From contig CAUVWX020000002.1 in NCBI GenBank assembly GCA_963555815.3, positions 224,001-288,000 of the forward strand: a stretch of 64,000 bases of DNA, read 5' to 3'. Below the pieces are notes generated by a model. It searched no databases and was not told the DNA's origin. It saw nothing but the letters and a program-made list of their open reading frames with translations. Shown here piece by piece: positions 1 through 11,459 of this stretch; within the stretch, counting starts at the first letter, position 1, and every line of letters starts with the position of its first letter. Both the position numbers and the translations under genes were made by a program. Source of the DNA: a bacterium. GTDB lineage: Bacteria; UBA8248; JACPRG01; G963555815.

Positions 1-59
1 TCGTACCGGGGTGCGGATTCCGGTGTCTCGATCTGGGTGATTCTCTCCAACCGCGCCAT
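1..59 (-). CDS. 5' end of the next gene in the DUF499 operon (partial, runs off window)
   Basis: ATG at 59-57 directly after the DUF499 stop at 60; open frame MARLERITQIETPESAPRY to the window edge. Confidence 0.55.
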   Translation of the reverse strand, partial: MARLERITQIETPESAPRY

Positions 60-3000
60 CTACGTTTTTACCTCCGCCGTGGCCGACACATAAGCAGCGC
101 CGCTCGCGAACCGGGATAAGCGCTCGGTGAGCTTCTCCGCCGCGTCACCCTGCATGGGAAGACCCTCGGCGTAGGTTAACTGGAAACCCGCCTCGAGATT
201 CTTGGAGCTTGCGTCCCGCAGTTGAGGTTCCAGAAACTCCTTCACCGGTTGCGCGTCCGGGACCGGCCCTCGGAACTCCAACTCGAACGATCCGCCCTCT
301 TGGGTTTCATAACCACCCGTGATTGTGACGCACTTGTCCGCCCCGGATACGGCCCCCACTGCGCCGAGTAGCCGGAAAGCATCGCCGGATTCGAACATGC
401 GGATGGTCAAAATCCCGATGTTCTCGACCTTTTTCGCCCGTGCCTGCTCCCACAACTGGACCAAGGCCTCTTTGAGGACGCCCTCGGCGGTCAACGATCC
501 GGGGGGCTTCACGGTAGGCTGGCCTCGAGGCGGCACCACAACGGAACCCGGCTTCTCACCGGGTTTGACGGTCTCTTCCCCGCCTGGGACCAGCGGCTCG
601 GGGTCCCCCGGCTTTTTCCGGGGCCAGATGCCGGCATTCTTCGCATAGGCCATGGTGAAGATCACGGATTGCTCATCGATCATGATGCCGGCCGCTGGAT
701 CGCCCGGCCCGAACAGCAAACCTCCGCGTTGGTAGACGTATTCGCCCTGTTCGATGCCGCGCCGTACGCCGCGAATGAAGAGATCGTCGCCGATCAGGAT
801 AGGTAACGCCGGATCGCGGCGGAACTCGTCGCGAAGCGCCAACGTGGTGATTTGACCCTTCTTGAGCGGTGTGCGGTCGCGTACATAAGCAGGCGAGTCC
901 GGCTCGTCCTCGGACAGACGCAACTTGTTCAGTTCGCGCAACGCCCGAACAATCTGTTGCTGGCCCGCTCCGGGCTGATCGGAGGTGGACTGGATGTCAA
1001 TTGCCGAATGGGCCAGATCGACCTCACTCGCACCGACCCGGTTGCGGGATGGGTAGAAAACATGCCGGTAGCACTGTTGAATTGCGATCGCGAGTTCATG
1101 CTCGGACCGGGCTTCCATCTCTCGCACCTGGTCCTGCTGATGCTCCGCCAAATCGGCGAGGCGTTCCGGTTTTTTTAGTTCCTGCAAGGCCAGGCGATGA
1201 TAGGCTTTGCGGTGCATCTCTTCCTTGCGGGCGTCGTCCGCGACCACGAATACCAAATTGTTTCGAAGGGCCCTCAGAGCCGAACCTTCCGAGCCTTTTC
1301 GGGTGTAGATTCGCTCGATCAGTTCAGGCACGTTCTCGACTGATCCACCGATGGTCACGCCGTCATAGGCCAGAACGGCAAGCTTCGGCCGCCCGTCGCT
1401 GACCTCGTCGGGAACGTCGAACGGACCCCAGGAAAGGACACCGTCTCAAATGTCTTGCCGCCGAATATCTCGCGGATGCGGTCGTTGAGGTGGGCGCGCG
1501 CTTCCCCGGCATCGACGTGGCGTTCCTCGCGCCGGATAATCTGGCGCAGATTGGCCTCGACGAGAAAGCGCATCGGCGCGACGGGGCGGTCGTCAAGGTA
1601 GGCGGACTCGGCGATGAACTTCTTGCGCGCTTCCTCGATAAAGCTGATGTCCGTCGTGGGACCCAGGATCGAATAGCGCAACTGCTCGGGCGATATCCCT
1701 TTGAGCGGGTCGTTGAAGGCCAACGTGTGAATGAAGATGGTCCGGGCAACGTAGACCGCATAAGGCGGCAGGCCAACGTGATGGCTGGTGTCGATCTCCT
1801 CTGCTAGTGCCTTCTTCCCGACCGATCCGGCGGCGACATCGTTGGCAATAGCCGGCAGGTAGGCCGACTGCCCGAGGCGGGTCACGAGTTCCTGGCGAAT
1901 CGGTTCGTAGCCCGGATCGATATGGTGAAGATGAATCGCAGCCGCATCCCCGGGTTTCTCCTCCCAAAGATGTGAGATGGTTCGGGCCAATAGCCGTAGC
2001 ATTCCCCGCACCCGCTGAAAATTGCCGAGCGTCGCGGTCTTGCCCGTCAGGGTTTCCAGAACTTCCGGGTGCAGAGGATAACTCGATCGGAAGGTCTCCA
2101 CGGTCTCGGGCCGGGCGGCATCATCCGCCAGGGACTCCGCGTTGGCTCTCCAAAGCGCCCGGTAGGCATCCGTAACCGCCGGAATTGCCGCCTCGTCAAT
2201 GGATTTGAACAGGCGGCGGCGGAGCACCTGAACCGTCTCGTCTTCCTCGGTGGGATTCAACAGCGTCGCCTTGCGCGCCGAGACGCTCTCCGCTTCGGCC
2301 ATGTGATCGGCGATGAACTGGTTTTTTTCGTTATAGGCGTCGGTTGCACGTCCGTCCTTGCCGATCGCCAACGTATAGACGAGGGCGGCCTCAGGCGCGC
2401 TTTCGACGGCCTTGAACAACGAGGTCAGGAACGCCGTCAACTGATCGCGGGCATCCTCGAGGTTGCGTACCTTGCGCAGGTAAACCGACAACTCGTCGAG
2501 CAGGATTAGGGTCGGCTCGCCGCCGAACAACTCGCGCAGGGTCTCGGCGCCGGGCGCGATGCAGCTTTCGTCGCTCTTGCGCACCCGCTCATACCCATCC
2601 TTGCCGGCAAGCGCATAAGCGATCTCCCCCCAGGGAGTGTACGCGAGAAGGCCTTCTTCCATCGTCCGGCCATTGGCCGGATCCGCGTTTTCACCATCGA
2701 ATGCGGCGATACGGACTCGGCTCTGCGGAAGAAGGGAAGGATCGACAAAATCCGCAATACCCGGCACACCCTGCATGCCACGGGCGGCATGGCACAACGC
2801 GATCAGACCATGGGTCTTGCCGCCCCCGTACGAGGTATCGAGCCGGAAAATAGACGCAACTTCACCCCCCGCACCGGTCAGCCGCCGGCACACATTGGCG
2901 AGCAGGTTCTTGAGGCCCCTTGTGGGATAGGTGTTGGCGAAGAACCGCGCCGGGTCGAGATATTCCTCATTCCCCTTGCCGATGATGACCTGGGCCAGAT

Positions 3001-3085
3001 CCGCAGCAAAATCGGCCTCGGTAATCGCTCCTTTGAGAACATCCTCGCGTGGCCGGCAGGTTTCGAATATTGTTGGGACCGTCAT
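60..3085 (-). pseudogene. DUF499-family AAA+ ATPase, split by a 1-bp frameshift
   Basis: Walker A YGGGKTH, Walker B LILLDE, YPLHPE and FQRVRGMLRLLA motifs; one extra base in the CCCC run at 1426-1429 joins SFPG to GPFDVPDEVSDGRPKLAVLAYDGVTIGG and so to ORF 60..1358. Confidence 0.85.
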
Positions 3086-3277
3086 TGTTTCCGCTCCGCC
3101 TGCTCTCCTGAGGTCATCCGGCCCGACCGCGTTCGCTTCGGTCCATGGGTCGATCTCGCTTTTCCTGAACCGCCAGGAGCCCCCCACCTTGAAACCTGGA
3201 ATCGCTCTCTGGGAAACCAATCGGTAAATCGTACGGGTCTTGACCTTGAGGTATCCGGCCACCTCTCGCACGGTCAT
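3086..3277 (-). CDS. Excisionase-type (HTH_17/MerR-like) DNA-binding domain, in frame with DUF499
   Basis: MTVREVAGYLKVKTRTIYRLVSQRAIPGFKVGGSWRFRKSEID; no stop before the DUF499 ATG at 3085; TATAAT on the minus strand at 3296-3291. Confidence 0.85.
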
Positions 3278-3437
3278 GACGTCGGTGTCGATTATAGTTC
3301 AATCCGTGTCTCGATCAGGCCTATTTGGATCCGAATGGTAAAATATAGCAAAATTGGCAACGTGGATGACAGCGCGATCCTGTGGATCAGCGAAAAAATC
3401 CTTCGCGGCTTCGCGTGCGGGTGGATCGCGAACGTAT

Positions 3438-3466
3438 GCACTAAACCACCATTGAGGTATTGAAAT
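3438..3466 (+). CRISPR. Single orphan CRISPR-like repeat (not an array)
   Basis: 29-mer GCACTAAACCACCATTGAGGTATTGAAAT with the ATTGAAA(N) 3' end typical of type I/III repeats; only a partial look-alike (TGCGCTAA) follows at 3494-3501. Confidence 0.35.
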
Positions 3467-3810
3467 CGCTTATCGATGATCCACCGCTCGATGTGCGCTA
3501 AGAAGAAGTGATTCCGCGCGAAGTCGAACAGATTGCGATTTTCCTTTTTCCGTTGCTCTCAGAGACTTGCTATGCGGCGTTCCTCTTCCATTACCCGGGC
3601 TCCCGGGCGGGCGCGACGGCTATAGTCCAATCGAGGAGCCGCCCTGCGAAGAGGTCCTTAAGAATGTCTTTGAACCGTTCAGTAAAATCCGCACGGCCGC
3701 GACCCCGGTCGTTGTACTCTTTGCTCTGTGGCGCAAAGATCAAGTGAAGACGGGGTTCCAGTTTCTCGGTGTACGGCTCTTCTTGAGCTACCGGCGAAGC
3801 GGACGGAAGT

Positions 3811-4454
3811 GAGTAGCCTGCTGGTGACGTCTAAGCAGATTGGAGTGACCGAACAAACCTGCTACCGATGGCGGAAGGAGTACAGAGGGCTGCGGATGGA
3901 CCAGGCCAAGCGGTTGAAGAACCTGGAGAAGGAGAATACCCGGCTCAAGAAGCTGGTAGCGGATCTGTCTTTGGACAACCAGATTCTGAAAGAAGTCTCC
4001 TCGGGAAACTTCTAGGCCCGGCGAAAAGGAGGCACGCAGTGGAGTGGGTCGGAGAATGATTGGGATCTGAGCGAGTCTCCGAACGCCGGGCCTGTAAAGT
4101 ACTGGAGCAACCGAGATCGACCCAACGACGAGGTCGGCAAATCTCCGAAGAGGAAGCGCAACTAGTGGCCCGAATGGTGGATCTAGCCAGTCAGTACGGC
4201 CGATATGGCTACCGAAGGGTCACGGCCATGCTCCGGGGGGAGGAATAGAAGGGCCTTTCGGCTGTTGACCATCTTGGAGGAATACAGCCGAGAGTGCCTA
4301 GCCATTGAAGTCCAAAGACAGATGAAATACCAGGATGTGTTGGATCAGTTAGCGGAGTTGTTCGTGAACCGCGGGGGTACCCCAATACATAGGATCGGAC
4401 AACGGCTCGGAGTTCACGGCTGGGGCAGTCCGGGACTGGCTCAAGACGGCAGGA

Positions 4455-4467
<13 letters not shown>
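3811..4467 (+). mobile_element. Degraded IS3-family insertion sequence (orfA/orfB remnants)
   Basis: OrfA C-terminus YRWRKEY...KRLKNLEKENTRLKKLVADLSLDNQILKE; GGGAAAC frameshift site at 4003-4009; OrfB pieces [28 protein letters not shown] with stops and a deletion. Confidence 0.85.
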
Positions 4468-5995
<1,528 letters not shown>

Positions 5996-6173
5996 CAGCG
6001 CCGCCGGCATCGAAGAACGCTCGATATACGCCCCTCTCGAACGCATTCAGGCGCATCATTGGCAGAACGATGGATTTTTCTCCTGTTTTCTTCTCTGTGT
6101 CCAGAATGTGTCTCGTGACAATACGGCGTATTAGATGGACGTCAGACGCTAGTTCCTGGGTTCTAAAAGGCGC

Positions 6174-6203
6174 TTGACAGCCAGGGGGGGGGCTGGTTAT
6201 CAT
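6174..6203 (+). promoter_or_regulatory. Putative sigma70 promoter of the MBL hydrolase gene
   Basis: TTGACA (6174-6179), 18-bp spacer, TATCAT (6198-6203). Confidence 0.5.
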
Positions 6204-6273
6204 AAGAAGATATGGACATAAGGGAAGTATCGTTGACGGTCGGGAAAAGCGATTTCGGATTGAGGGAGGAGTC

Positions 6274-7233
6274 ATGTTGAAAAAGGCTGTTTTTACAATG
6301 CTAGGTGTGTTCGTGTTTTTGTCCCTGGGCTGGGCACAGCCCGAATACGCCCCCGTTCCCGACGGAGCGAAGGGTCCCGCTATCCCGGAAACGGGTTATT
6401 TGGTTTCGGGGATTAGCGACGGGGTTTATTGGGTGACTAACGGAGTCTATCAGGCGCTGATTATCACCACTGGGGAAGGCGTCATTATGGTGGATGCGCC
6501 TCCGAATATTGGGCCAAACTTGTCGAAAGCAATCTCAGATGTGACGAGTGAACCAGTCAAATTTTTTATTTATAGCCACGAACACAAAGATCACGTTGGC
6601 GCCGCAGCCCTTTTCTCCGAGGACGCAACCTATGTTGCCCATGAGAAAGTGGCAGAACACCTGGCGAGGGCCAACGATCCAAACCGGCCGGTGCCCTCGG
6701 TCACTTTTACGGACAAGCACACACTAAAACTGGGGAACAAGAGGGTAGAGCTATCTAATAAAGGGGGAAATCACACGCCCGGAAGCTCCTTTATCCACTT
6801 GCCGGAACAGAAGATATTGATGCTGGTTGACGTCGTCTACCCCGGCTGGGTGCCTTTTAAGAGTTTCGGTGAGGCGAAGGATGTGGGAAGGTATATCGAA
6901 GCGCACGATCAGATATTGGAGTACGACTTCGAGCACTTCGTCGGAGGACATCTCACTCGCCTGGGCACTCGCCGGGACGTCGAGATCGCAAAAGAGTACG
7001 TTTTGGATGTTAAAGCCAACGCTCAAAACGCGATTGAGACCGTTGATTTCTCCGCGATAGCAGGCGAAGTCGGTTTTGAAAACCCGTTCGCCCTGTTCAA
7101 GACCTACTTGGACACGGTTGCAGATACGTGCACCAAAGGGACGGTGCCTAAGTGGGTTGATAGATTGGGGGGGACGGATGTCTTTACCTTTGATCACTGC
7201 CTCTCGATGCACTTCCATCTGACCATAGACTAG
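6274..7233 (+). CDS. Secreted metallo-beta-lactamase-fold hydrolase
   Basis: Signal peptide; SHEHKDH (HxHxDH), GNHTPG, GGH motifs; GGAGGAG RBS. Confidence 0.85.
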   Translation: MLKKAVFTMLGVFVFLSLGWAQPEYAPVPDGAKGPAIPETGYLVSGISDGVYWVTNGVYQALIITTGEGVIMVDAPPNIGPNLSKAISDVTSEPVKFFIYSHEHKDHVGAAALFSEDATYVAHEKVAEHLARANDPNRPVPSVTFTDKHTLKLGNKRVELSNKGGNHTPGSSFIHLPEQKILMLVDVVYPGWVPFKSFGEAKDVGRYIEAHDQILEYDFEHFVGGHLTRLGTRRDVEIAKEYVLDVKANAQNAIETVDFSAIAGEVGFENPFALFKTYLDTVADTCTKGTVPKWVDRLGGTDVFTFDHCLSMHFHLTID

Positions 7234-7361
7234 AGAAGGCTCAATTATAGAATTGCCATGGGTTCACAAGCGGGGCTTGCCCTATCTGGCCCAGAGAAAT
7301 AAGTGGCGACCACTCTGGAGCTCATCTCCATCCGAATGACCTCTTGTCCTGTGGACTCCCT

Positions 7362-7770
7362 TTATTCATCCAGGACGGCGATGGCCTCGATCTCCACCAG
7401 TATGTCCGGGCGAGCGAGAGTCGCCTGGACCGTGGATCGGCTTGGCTTGTTGCTGCCAGGGAAATATTTGGCGTAGACTTCGTTCATGGCCTGGAAGTTT
7501 CGTATGTCGGCCAGGAACACGGTGCACTAGACCACGTCTTCCATCATGGCCCCGCCCTCTCATCATGGCCCCGCCCTCTGCGAGGACAGCCTGAACGTTT
7601 TTCATCACCTGATCCGTCTGGGCCGGGACGTCACCAAGATCGACCAAATTTCCCCGGGTATCCAGGGGTATCTGGCCGGACGTGAAAACGAACCTTCCTT
7701 GCTTGACACCTGGGGAGTAGGGGTTTTTGGGGACAGCGACACTTGAAGGCTGAAGGGGGGGCTTTGGCAT
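7362..7770 (-). pseudogene. RidA/YjgF family protein pseudogene
   Basis: PYSPG, FTSGQIP, MNEVYAKYF, PSRSTV, LVEIEAIA; disrupted by a 19-bp tandem duplication (7542-7579) and an in-frame TAG (7527-7529). Confidence 0.85.
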
Positions 7771-7900
7771 CTTCCGTCTCCTATATAGAGTTGAAACCAG
7801 GTTGGTTGGAAAATATATCTCCCCGGGGAAAGGCGGATGAGGAGTGTAAGCGATGGGGGTGAAGGGCACAAGGGAGAATCCCTGACGATGGACCCATGCG

Positions 7901-8113
7901 TTGAGAAAAGAGCGGGGTTTGAAGGTGGGAAGCGAAGGGGTGGCTGAGCGGGCCAAGTGGATAAAGCGGCTTAGCCGACGTCGGCTCCGGATCCCACCCG
8001 GGGGGGAGATCCCTGAAAAGGGGAAGGATCCGCAGGCTGCGCGGCGGCTTGGCAAGGGGGAGGCGCGTCGGGCCCTTTACGACCCCGACGAGGCAGAGGA
8101 CGAGGGAAAATAG
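7901..8113 (+). CDS. Small hypothetical protein
   Basis: 70-aa charged ORF in an otherwise unassigned gap; no recognised motif. Confidence 0.3.
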   Translation: MRKERGLKVGSEGVAERAKWIKRLSRRRLRIPPGGEIPEKGKDPQAARRLGKGEARRALYDPDEAEDEGK

Positions 8114-8338
8114 TTGGCCGAGGATGGGACGAATCTGGGGGAAGGGGAGGGGCCCCGGAGGACGCAATCGTCTTAGGGCGGATCCGGGCCTCGGGAGGGG
8201 CCCGGCGGATCCCGCAACCCATCCGTCTAGCCCATCTCCTTGTGAACCGTCGTCGAGAGATCATCGAAAGGAAAAGGGCGCGTTGAGGGAAGAGATCGAG
8301 GGCGCAACTCCCTGAGAGGCTTCTTCAGTGGGGGGGGA

Positions 8339-9601
8339 TTGGAACGAATGACGCTTCGACAGGCCACACTCAGCAACGGCATCCGCTTGGTCACCGAGGC
8401 CCGAGAGACAGAGGCCGTCGCCTTTCATATCTACTTTGGCTGCGGAGGCCGACATGAGCCTGACGAAGTGGTCGGTGTGTCCCACGCCCTGGAGCATATG
8501 ATCTTCAAGGGGACGCCGACGCGGACTCATTTCCAGATTGCCCAAGAGATGGAGGGGGTGGGTGCCTCCATCAACGCCAACACCGGGGCCGAGCGGACCT
8601 GCTATCACTTTCTGGCCCCGGCTGAGGTGGTCCCCCAGGTCCTGGAGGTCTACGCTGATGCCGTGAATAACAGCCTCCTTGATGACGCGGAGTGGGAAAA
8701 GGAGCGAAAGGTCATCCTGGAGGAGCTCAAGATGTATGAGGATATGCCCCGTGTCTGGGTCAGCGACCGCCTGGGGACCACCATGTTTAATCTTCAGGTC
8801 GGCATCATCGGAGACCGCGACACCATCGGGAGCATTGAGATCCACCACATGCGTGAGCTGATGGAGCGTTGGTATCGGCCTGAGAACGCCGTCATCTCCG
8901 TGGCAGGCCGAGTCGATCACGACTCTATCCTAGATCTCGTTGAGAAGGCCTTTGGGGAGCGATGGCAAAAAAAAGGTCCCCTTCCAACCCTGCCCAAGCT
9001 CCCCGAGAAGAGCCGCCAACGCATGTGCTCGATTGTGCGCCAGACAGACCAGGTGAATCTTGCCATCGGCTTTCGGGCCTACGGCCACACGCACCCAAAG
9101 CTTGCGGCGCTTCGACTCCTGAATGACATTCTGGGCGGCAAAATGTCGAGCCGACTCTTTGAAGAGGTCCGCGAGAAAAGAGGTCTGGCCTACAGCGTGG
9201 GCTCAAGCGTTGACCCGTTCACAGATACAGGCTACGTTGAGCTGAAAGCGGGGGTTGCCCTTGAGAAGACGGTGGAGGCGAGCCGCGTTATCCTCTCCGA
9301 GGCCGCCAGGCTTCGCGAAGAGCTTGTCCCGCAGGAGGAGCTCACGGCAGCCAAGCGCCACCTTCGGGGCCTCATCCTGGTCGAGGAAGAGTCGGCGGAA
9401 TTTGCGGGTCGAAACGGGTCGACTTGGCTTTTAGAGGGACGGGTCCGCACCGTGGAGGAAGAACTGGCCGAACTGGACCAGGTGGAAGTCGAGGACCTGC
9501 AACAGGTTGCCCAAGAGGTCTTTCGAGATGAAGAACTCACCGCTGCCTTCATCGCGGAGAAGGACCTGAGAGAAGATCTGGCGCCGGCCCTCCACATCTA
9601 G
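8339..9601 (+). CDS. M16 (pitrilysin-family) zinc peptidase
   Basis: Inverted zinc motif HALEH, INANT, and SRLFEEVREKRGLAY. Confidence 0.92.
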   Translation: MERMTLRQATLSNGIRLVTEARETEAVAFHIYFGCGGRHEPDEVVGVSHALEHMIFKGTPTRTHFQIAQEMEGVGASINANTGAERTCYHFLAPAEVVPQVLEVYADAVNNSLLDDAEWEKERKVILEELKMYEDMPRVWVSDRLGTTMFNLQVGIIGDRDTIGSIEIHHMRELMERWYRPENAVISVAGRVDHDSILDLVEKAFGERWQKKGPLPTLPKLPEKSRQRMCSIVRQTDQVNLAIGFRAYGHTHPKLAALRLLNDILGGKMSSRLFEEVREKRGLAYSVGSSVDPFTDTGYVELKAGVALEKTVEASRVILSEAARLREELVPQEELTAAKRHLRGLILVEEESAEFAGRNGSTWLLEGRVRTVEEELAELDQVEVEDLQQVAQEVFRDEELTAAFIAEKDLREDLAPALHI

Positions 9602-9715
9602 CAGGGGGCCTTCGCGTTCACGTGCAGGAGAGGAGCAGAATTGGAGATATTTAAGGAAGGGAAGGCTTGTAAAATCCTGTGTGCCCCATAAAGCTCTCCT
9701 GGGGAGAAAGGGTTT

Positions 9716-11095
9716 ATGACTTCTCTCGCATCTTTCCGCCGCCGGGCGGCCCGTTGGCTCGTCCTTCCCCTTCTTTTCGCCACCCCGGGGATGGGAGCGT
9801 CTGAGGAATCCTCCTGCCCGGGGGGGGCGGCTCATTTCCTTGAAGCGGCCGAAGGCGCCGAGGACCCCGTCGCCCGGCAATCCCTTCTTCAGAAGGCGAT
9901 TGATCTTTGTCCTGAGGACCCCGAGCCTTATTTACTCCTTGGGCGTCTCTACCAGTCTTTGGACCTTAAGTCCAGGGCCAGGAGGGCTTACGCCGACGCC
10001 CTAGGACGGGTGCCGCACCTGCGGGAAATCCTTCGAGAGATGAGCGAGCTTGACCCCGGGAATCAAGGCGACTCCCTTTTGCAGGCCCTCCTCTCTTCCG
10101 AGGCCGGAGAGAGAGTGGCGCTTGCTCCCGAGGAGTCGGCCGAGGAATTGCTGGTGAAGGAGCCGACGGATCCCAAGGCGCGATTGACCCTTGCTGAGGA
10201 GCTGACGGGCCGGGGTCAAGAGATGTTGACTCAGAATCTGCCCGGTCTCCCCCTCATTCAAAGGGCCGTTGAGCTCGTCCCGGACTATGGAAGGGCGCGT
10301 GAGCTCTTGGTGGAACACCACCGGACGCTTGGGGATTACCACTACAACGGTGAGCTGTATGAAAAGGCCTTGGCCCAATACCTCCAGGGCCTTGAGTATG
10401 ACCCAGAGGATCCTCTTCTTCACCTCCAAGCCGCGGAGAGCTATAGCCGTCTCGAAGGCCGTGAGGAGGACGCCCTGGGTCACTATCGGAAGGCTGACCA
10501 GGTATTTGCCGCACGGGTTGAGGAGATGAGTGAAGAAGATCAGACATCTCTACGAGAGCGGATCAAACGCGGCCTGACTCGTCTGGACGATACGCAGCCC
10601 GAATACCGTCAGGCCCAGGGGGCCCGCGTTCACACCGAGGGAAGACAATTGCTCGCCCGGGGAGACTACGAGGCGGCCTCCAAGGTCCTGAAGGATGCCA
10701 TCGGCTGGACCCCTGGAAACGCCCTCATACACTTCGATCTGGCCACCACCCTGAAACAGCTTCCGCCCCACCGGGAGGAGGCCCTGCGTCAGTTTCAGCG
10801 GGCCTTGTCCCTCTTCGAGACCCATCCTCCGCCCGAAGCGGTTTCCCGGGTAGACCGGTTCAAGGCGCGAACCCAGCTCGAAATCGACCACCTGTCTGGT
10901 CAAACTGGATCCTTGGCCTATATCCTGCGCCAGCTGGCCGTGGGGGCTCAAGCCCGAGCCATCGAGATAGGGCTCTTCGTTCTCTCCTTCGGGGCCATCG
11001 CGGCCTACCTTCTGCGGGCGGGGATCCGCTTCAGCGATGGAGGAGGCGCTGATGCCCCCGATGCCGAGGTGACCGAGACCGATCCCACCCAATAG
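9716..11095 (+). CDS. Exported tetratricopeptide-repeat protein with C-terminal membrane anchor
   Basis: N-terminal signal-like segment, repeated TPR-like helices (KAIDLCPEDPEPYLLLG, QGLEYDPEDPLLHLQAA), hydrophobic C-terminal helix. Confidence 0.75.
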   Translation: MTSLASFRRRAARWLVLPLLFATPGMGASEESSCPGGAAHFLEAAEGAEDPVARQSLLQKAIDLCPEDPEPYLLLGRLYQSLDLKSRARRAYADALGRVPHLREILREMSELDPGNQGDSLLQALLSSEAGERVALAPEESAEELLVKEPTDPKARLTLAEELTGRGQEMLTQNLPGLPLIQRAVELVPDYGRARELLVEHHRTLGDYHYNGELYEKALAQYLQGLEYDPEDPLLHLQAAESYSRLEGREEDALGHYRKADQVFAARVEEMSEEDQTSLRERIKRGLTRLDDTQPEYRQAQGARVHTEGRQLLARGDYEAASKVLKDAIGWTPGNALIHFDLATTLKQLPPHREEALRQFQRALSLFETHPPPEAVSRVDRFKARTQLEIDHLSGQTGSLAYILRQLAVGAQARAIEIGLFVLSFGAIAAYLLRAGIRFSDGGGADAPDAEVTETDPTQ

Positions 11096-11456
11096 ACGCG
11101 CAGAGGACCCGGAAGGGGGATTGAGAGGCTAAGGTTACCACCCAGCAGTCATTCTCCCAGCGGTCGAACCTCCAGATTCGGTCAAAGACATAGACGTGCT
11201 TGACCTCGTAGGTGCCCGGCCCGCTTCGGCGGGCGAGCCAGTCGTAGGAACGGGCGTCGACGTTGTAGGCCGAGGCGGTGAGGTTCGTAGGCAGGTGGAG
11301 CTGGACGATCTCAATGGCCCGGGTGCGCTCCCGGGCCTCTTGAAGGTTCTTCCACCAGCAGGTCCCCCCGATTACAAGGAGGGCGGTGGTGAGAAGACCC
11401 AGCCCCATGAGGAGTCCAGGACCGCGTGTCCGGGCGATTTTTGCCTCCCCCGACAT
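11031..11456 (-). CDS. Hypothetical membrane-anchored protein
   Basis: Starts 4 nt after the GT2 stop; single N-terminal TM helix. Confidence 0.55.
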   Translation of the reverse strand: MSGEAKIARTRGPGLLMGLGLLTTALLVIGGTCWWKNLQEARERTRAIEIVQLHLPTNLTASAYNVDARSYDWLARRSGPGTYEVKHVYVFDRIWRFDRWENDCWVVTLASQSPFRVLCASIGWDRSRSPRHRGHQRLLHR

Positions 11457-11459
11457 GGC

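Noticed and set aside
3430..3560. Full CRISPR array
   Set aside because: Only one full repeat-like unit is present; no regularly spaced copies and no cas genes.
7527..7529. Pyrrolysine read-through of the TAG in RidA
   Set aside because: The gene also has a frameshifting duplication and no pyl genes are visible; decay is simpler.
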